From the NCBI GenBank assembly GCA_963804995.1, contig CAWDSK010000003.1, positions 1,280,001 to 1,344,000 on the forward strand: a DNA stretch of 64,000 bases. The letters are read 5' to 3'. A program made the translations under genes and the position numbers. Shown here in pieces: positions 59,108 to 64,000 of the stretch (positions within the stretch are counted from its first letter, which is position 1; each line of letters begins with the position of its first letter). The notes under the pieces were generated by a model that ran no database searches, was not told the origin of the DNA, and saw only the letters and a program-made list of their open reading frames with translations. The stretch comes from an uncultured Acidobacteriota bacterium. Lineage in GTDB: Bacteria; Acidobacteriota; Terriglobia; UBA7540.

Positions 59108-59783
59108 ATTGCAAGTGCTCAGGTCGCAGGTCTGACAACAGATTCCAGTGCCGCGCGGCCTCCGGCCGGTTCTCGATGAGCCACTGCCGCTCCCGGTCGT
59201 TGCGGGGAGCCCGGTAGAAATAATCTTCACGCGCCAGCCGGCTGGACTCAAGCCAAGATTCCAACCTCGCGAGAGCCCGCGTGCGCCCCGCTTCCCCGGC
59301 GCGTTCAGAAAGCTGGCGGGCAAGGTTGACCACATAACCCAAACGATTTTGCAGGTCAAATTTCTTCGCCTCCACCACCAGCGAAGCGAAATCCATGTGC
59401 CAATATCGCAGGAGCAGCCAAGGCAGCGCTTCGGCCACCCTCCCCTCCAGATTCTCCTGCGCCAGAGCGGTAAGTAGAACCTCTCCGGGGTGCTTACTTC
59501 TCACCCGGGTACGAACATAAGCGAATCCCGGGTAGTTGAGTTTCGCGAGATCCTCAGTAAGCCGTTGCCCGTCAACCTTTTCCGTGAATGCCGACGGCAC
59601 AGGCAGTTCCGTAGGTGAAAGTCCATAGGCCGCAACCACCTTACGCGCCAAAGCGGGCGTGAGGCGACGCTTTCCGTTCTCCAGCATGGCCAGATAAGGC
59701 TGGGACACACCCAGGCGCTCGGCCGCTTCCACCTGGCCCCAGCCGTGCTTTCGCCGCTCCGCTTTTAAATCCCGCGTTCTCAT
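59097..59783 (-). CDS. XRE-family HTH protein with C-terminal extension (putative antitoxin)
   Basis: QVEAAERLGVSQPYLAMLENGKR; LQNRLGY. Confidence 0.82.
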   Translation of the reverse strand: MRTRDLKAERRKHGWGQVEAAERLGVSQPYLAMLENGKRRLTPALARKVVAAYGLSPTELPVPSAFTEKVDGQRLTEDLAKLNYPGFAYVRTRVRSKHPGEVLLTALAQENLEGRVAEALPWLLLRYWHMDFASLVVEAKKFDLQNRLGYVVNLARQLSERAGEAGRTRALARLESWLESSRLAREDYFYRAPRNDRERQWLIENRPEAARHWNLLSDLRPEHLQYVD

Positions 59784-59824
59784 GGCGAGTTCATTATATA
59801 ACAGGCTTGTAATAAGTCAAGCGG

Positions 59825-59958
59825 GTAGCGCACAGGTACGCGTAGTTTACGTTCCTGTGCGGCTTTTCCTCTCTCGTTCGCGTTCATAAACTTCTGAACA
59901 CCATACGCATTTGGGGAGAACCGCGGAGGAACGCAAACTACGCGTGCCTCCGCGCTAC
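59825..59958. repeat. GTAG...CTAC inverted REP doublet, family A variant
   Basis: GTAGCGCACAGGTACGCGTAGTTT..GTTCCTGTGCGG / CCGCGGAGGAACGCAAACTACGCGTGCCTCCGCGCTAC. Confidence 0.8.
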
Positions 59959-60365
59959 CATTACCTCCCGGCTACCCGCTAGCAGAAGGGTAGAGGTCAG
60001 GCAAGTCAGCATCCCCGGGCTGCTCAAAGAGGGGTATCAGTGGGCATGACGGGGCTGGCGCAGACTTCCGTTTTTTGAAGTCTGCGATCCCGGAGGGAGT
60101 GAAATATTGAGATGATCCGCTTGGCAACGACGCCTCAAGTAGTTGGCGCATGGGATGCACTGGCCGCCGGGCGGGGAAGTAAGTTCCTACGGAATCGCAG
60201 ACTGCCAACTGCCGCAGTCTGCGCCAGCCTACCAGTTCTGCCTAGCGGTCGGCGAGATTACTCTTGACGAAAAGGGGCCTCGCGCTACAATGGCCCACCG
60301 CGCGCCGGCCTTTTTCTGCCAGCCGGCGAAAAGATAACCTCACGATTCGGAGGGCCCACACAGCC

Positions 60366-61753
60366 ATGATCCTACCCATTCAAACCACGACTACCCGACG
60401 TAAATTCATTGAGACCGCCGGCAAATTGGCGGCGGTTTCGGCTTTGGCCAACGTAGCTATTCCCCCCGTCCATGCCGCCGGCGGCGACCTGATCCAGGTA
60501 GCCCTGATCGGCTGCGGCGGACGAGGCGGCGGCGCAGCGGCGAATGCACTGTCCGTCAAGCGCGGTCCCATCAAGCTGGTGGCCATGGCGGACGTGTTTC
60601 CGGAGCGCCTCGATAAAACCCTGAACAAGTTGCAACAGAAGTTCTCAGCCAGATGGACGTGCCGCCGGATCGCCAGTTCCTCGGCTTCGACGCCTACCAG
60701 AAAGCGATGGATTGTTTGAAGCCGGGCGATATCGCCATTTTCGCCACGCCTCCGGCGTTTCGCTGGGTGCATTTCACCTACGCCATCCAAAAGGGCCTGA
60801 ATGTCTTCATGGAAAAGCCGGTCACGGTCGACGGCCCCACCAGCAAACGGATGCTCGGCCTCGCCGAAGACGCCTCCGCCAAGAACCTCAAGGTAGGGGT
60901 GGGATTGATGTCGCGCCACAGCCGGGCGCTCCAGGAACTGGCCAAGCGTGTCCATGACGGCGAGATTGGCCAGATCATCCTCGAACGGGGTTACCGGATG
61001 CATGGGCCCGGGGGATATTTCTCCTCGCTTCCCAAACCTGACGGGATCACGGACCTGCTCTACCAGGTGCAACGTTTCCACAGCTTCATCTGGGCCAGCG
61101 GAGGGTGCTTTAATGACTTCTACATCCATATCATCGATCATCTCGCCTGGATGAAAAACGAGTGGCCGGTGAAGGCTCAGGCGCTGGGCGGCCGCCATTA
61201 CCGTCAGAGTCCCGAAGGCGTCACCTACGTGGATCAGAATTTCGATACCTATTCGGTGGAATATACGTATGCCGATGGCACGAAGTTCTTTTTCGACGGG
61301 CGGACCATCGCGGGATGCGAGGAGATCTATGCCAGCTACCTGCACGGCGTCAAAGGAATGGGAATCGCTTCCAAACACAGTGATTGCGGGCTACCCTCCA
61401 GCCTGTATAAGGGTCAGATGACGGCCGCCGATATGATTTGGGAATCCGCGGTGCCCAAGGAAGAGCAGGATCCCTATCAAAACGAGTGGAACGACTTGGT
61501 GGATGCGGTTCGCGACGACAAGCCCTACAACGAGGTAAAACGCGGGGTGGAAGCGAGCGTCGTATCAAATATGGGTCGCATGGCTGCGCATACCGGCCGG
61601 GAAATCACGTTTGACCAGATGCTGAATTGCGAGCACGAAATGGCGCCGGGCGTGGACAAGTTCACCATGGATTCCCCGGCTCCACTGATTGCCGATGCCA
61701 ACGGCAGATATCCGGTGCCGCAGCCGGGCATAGTGACCACACGCGAATACTGA
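60366..61753 (+). CDS. Gfo/Idh/MocA oxidoreductase with Tat signal; frameshift near 60648
   Basis: TTRRKFI, ALIGCGGRG, VAMADVF in frame 1; ATPPAFR, VFMEKP in ORF 60653; one base appears missing at TTCTCAGCCAG. Confidence 0.88.
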
Positions 61754-61959
61754 GCGGCCACTCCGTGGTTAGACTGTCGGACCGTCCGCAGCGGTGCATT
61801 ACAGATCAGGTCGGGGATCCCGTGCGGCTGGCGTCATGCGTCGTCGCTGAACGCTCTCCCGTACAGGCCGAGCTATGTTCCGGGTTTCGAGTGGTAGTTG
61901 CTGCACAGGCTCTAAATACGACAAAAACGAAAGCACATCCGTCTTATTTGTATCTGAAA

Positions 61960-62358
61960 TTACAGAACATCGGTGGGAAGAAGCCGGCCTTCCGTAGTGC
62001 GGTCGAAGTCAGCGTCAAAGCTCACGATTTTTAGCCCATGCCTTGTGGCGGCGCTGTACTGGTAAGCGTCATCGAAGTCCAGGTTGAATTTCGCCGCCGC
62101 ATCAACGAGAGCATCCATCTCCGGTGCACCGAGAGACACCATTCCGATGCCGGCCCTGTCAATCACATCTTGCAAGAATTGGCGGAAAACATGGTGTTGC
62201 TTGTTCCGGAACAGCAGAAGACCGATCGAATGCAGAGCGAAATCCGAGACATAGAGTTCGTGACCCTTGCGGTTTTCGAGGAAGGTTCGGGCGTCGCCGG
62301 CGCTGGCCTGATTCAACAACACCTCGATGAAGAGATTGGTATCGACAAGCAATCTCAT
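61960..62358 (-). CDS. vapC: VapC-family PIN toxin
   Basis: LVDTN, LDFDDA, SFDADF; overlaps antitoxin stop. Confidence 0.9.
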   Translation of the reverse strand: MRLLVDTNLFIEVLLNQASAGDARTFLENRKGHELYVSDFALHSIGLLLFRNKQHHVFRQFLQDVIDRAGIGMVSLGAPEMDALVDAAAKFNLDFDDAYQYSAATRHGLKIVSFDADFDRTTEGRLLPTDVL

Positions 62359-62579
62359 TCGCCGTCGGCTCTCCAATGCGCGATGCGGTGCTGCAACTCG
62401 ACGGAGGTGTACCGATCCCGCAAGCCTTGGAGCGTGCCCGCCCACGCGAATTGCGGCTTGCCGGGTTGCTCGATGGAACGCCGAGCGAGCAAGGACTCCA
62501 CGTAGTTCCGAAGCTGCGCCCTGTATTCTGAAGGGACTTCACGCACCATTTCTTCAAGAGTCTTCGTTGGCTCGGTCAT
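62355..62579 (-). CDS. Small antitoxin (DUF2281-like)
   Basis: 74 aa, WAG.L...TSVELQH motif, ATGA overlap with PIN gene. Confidence 0.8.
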   Translation of the reverse strand: MTEPTKTLEEMVREVPSEYRAQLRNYVESLLARRSIEQPGKPQFAWAGTLQGLRDRYTSVELQHRIAHWRADGE

Positions 62580-62762
62580 AACCGTTTCCTCATTAATATT
62601 CTACTCTATTTTCCGGGACTTGATGCAATGATCGCAAGTGTAACGGCAGCTAGTAAACTACGCGCAACTCTGCAACGCAATCAGGACCGCGCTACGATAC
62701 GGGCCCACGCCACCCTTGCTGGCGGGCGATCAGATACCTGCTGCGACAGGAAGGGTTCGATC

Positions 62763-62863
62763 TGTAGGAGCAGCGGAATTTATCCCGATCTTATCGGGAC
62801 GCCGCCATTTGGCGTGGTAAACTCGCGGCTAAAGCAAAGTGGCGAGATAAACTCGCCGCTACA
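62763..62863. repeat. TGTAG...CTACA REP-like element with inner CCCGATCTTATCGGGA hairpin
   Basis: Inverted termini and repeated TGGCG.G.TAAACTCGC.GCTA units. Confidence 0.6.
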
Positions 62864-62909
62864 TCAAAGGGAAATCCAAACCGCATCACTAACCGAATGG
62901 AGAGAGATT

Positions 62910-63428
62910 ATGGCCGAGACGGATTTCACCAAAGGCTTTATCAGACAAGCTGATCACACGATTAGGGAAGTCTATCTGGCGCGCATGGTGAGGTGTATCG
63001 AGGAGCTCTCACCCGAGCAGATTTGGTGGCGCCCGAACCCGGCTTCCAACAGTGCGGGGAACCTGGTGCTCCACCTCACGGGGAACATCCGCCAATGGAT
63101 TATTGCGGGTCTAGGCGGCGCTCCGGACGTGCGCGAGCGCGACAAGGAATTTGCCGAACTCGGCCCCTTGCCCCGGCGGATTCTGGTAAGTCGCTTGCGG
63201 AAGACCGTGGAGGATGCCTGCCGGGTTTTGCGGAAGCTCTCCGCCGAAGATTTGGCGCGGGATTACACCATCCAGGGATTTCGCGTGACCGGGCTCGCCG
63301 CCACCTTCCACGTCGCCGAACACTTTTCCCACCACGCGGGGCAAATCATCCTGATTACCAAGATGCTCACTGGCAGCGACTTGAAGTTCACTCGGCTGCC
63401 CGGTGATAAGAAGAGAAGGCACGCGTAG
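62910..63428 (+). CDS. DinB/DUF1572 family protein
   Basis: NSAGNLVLHLTGN, RERDKEF, HFSHHAGQI. Confidence 0.88.
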   Translation: MAETDFTKGFIRQADHTIREVYLARMVRCIEELSPEQIWWRPNPASNSAGNLVLHLTGNIRQWIIAGLGGAPDVRERDKEFAELGPLPRRILVSRLRKTVEDACRVLRKLSAEDLARDYTIQGFRVTGLAATFHVAEHFSHHAGQIILITKMLTGSDLKFTRLPGDKKRRHA

Positions 63429-63495
63429 CGCCCCGATGCACGGGGGCGGTTCATCCTTCACATCTAAGCGAATGCGCCTTTGCGAAGAAGTAATC

Positions 63496-63595
63496 GTGGC
63501 GCAGCCGCCGGGGATGGAGATTTGTGGGTTTCCAACAGAAGAGCCGCGGACCCCAAAAACGGGGGACCGCGCTACGAAACAGGTCCGCGCTACGC
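63496..63595 (+). repeat. REP family A copy
   Basis: CCGCGGACCCCAAAAACGGGGGACCGCGCTAC identical to 49171-49202. Confidence 0.85.
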
Positions 63596-63618
63596 ATGCT
63601 TGTAACGAAAAGCCTGCC

Positions 63619-64000
63619 TTATTGCTGCAGCACATGCACCTGCTTGGCCTGGAGCACCATGGTGCCTGCGGGGATGGGAACCCCATTGATGACACTGGCA
63701 TTCGCCTCATAGTACGGCGAGCCCTTGACGAGCAAGGACGCCTGCGGCGTGAGGCCACCCAAGCCGGTCACGTTCAGGAATGCCGTCTGGTTGTTGGTAA
63801 GGACGTAGATGGGCACACCTTGGAGAAGCGTGCAACATGGATTGAGCACAAAGGCCCCCGTGAGGTTATCCGACCCGACCTGTATCGTTGCACCCATATT
63901 ACCCTGGAGCGTCTGCATTTTAAGGTAGATGGCTGCCGGTCTGATGATGATGGGGAGGGGCGAGACGGTTCCGGAGGGTGTGGGGGGTGCCGAGTAGGTT
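63619..64000 (-). CDS. 3' part of a beta-rich hypothetical protein (enters from beyond the window)
   Basis: Open frame to the window edge ending MVLQAKQVHVLQQ*. Confidence 0.6.
   Translation of the reverse strand, partial: TYSAPPTPSGTVSPLPIIIRPAAIYLKMQTLQGNMGATIQVGSDNLTGAFVLNPCCTLLQGVPIYVLTNNQTAFLNVTGLGGLTPQASLLVKGSPYYEANASVINGVPIPAGTMVLQAKQVHVLQQ

Overview
GC-rich bacterial window; the TonB-dependent receptor style, REP families and gene content suggest Acidobacteriota (inference). Left to right: (i) 5' part of a TonB-dependent receptor, a His-rich small protein and a GlpT/UhpC-type MFS transporter; (ii) a visibly AT-richer three-gene defence locus in which a DisA_N/diadenylate-cyclase-like (DAC) protein precedes a patatin + CdnE-like CD-NTase CBASS pair (top candidate for an undescribed system); (iii) a truncated hypothetical + phosphatidylserine decarboxylase + divergent Lgt-like cluster and a degenerate rve-type IS; (iv) a ~26 kb region of exported/lipoprotein, double-zinc-ribbon, CsgG-like, TPR, discoidin-OmpA and transglutaminase-like genes with internal duplications, a MITE and a structured non-coding stretch, ending at an integrase remnant next to tRNA-Leu(CAA); (v) housekeeping-type genes (STAS, Csp, MttB-like, GGDEF, class V aminotransferase, PilZ, hemL, alkA), two toxin-antitoxin pairs, and a complete group II intron inserted in a GTAG-type REP repeat whose predicted EBS1 loop is complementary to that REP, plus a second scar of two opposed intron fragments. 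Four genes appear frameshifted, three of them at the same (G/C)TT-CGA-G context. All calls are from reading motifs by eye; no searches were run.
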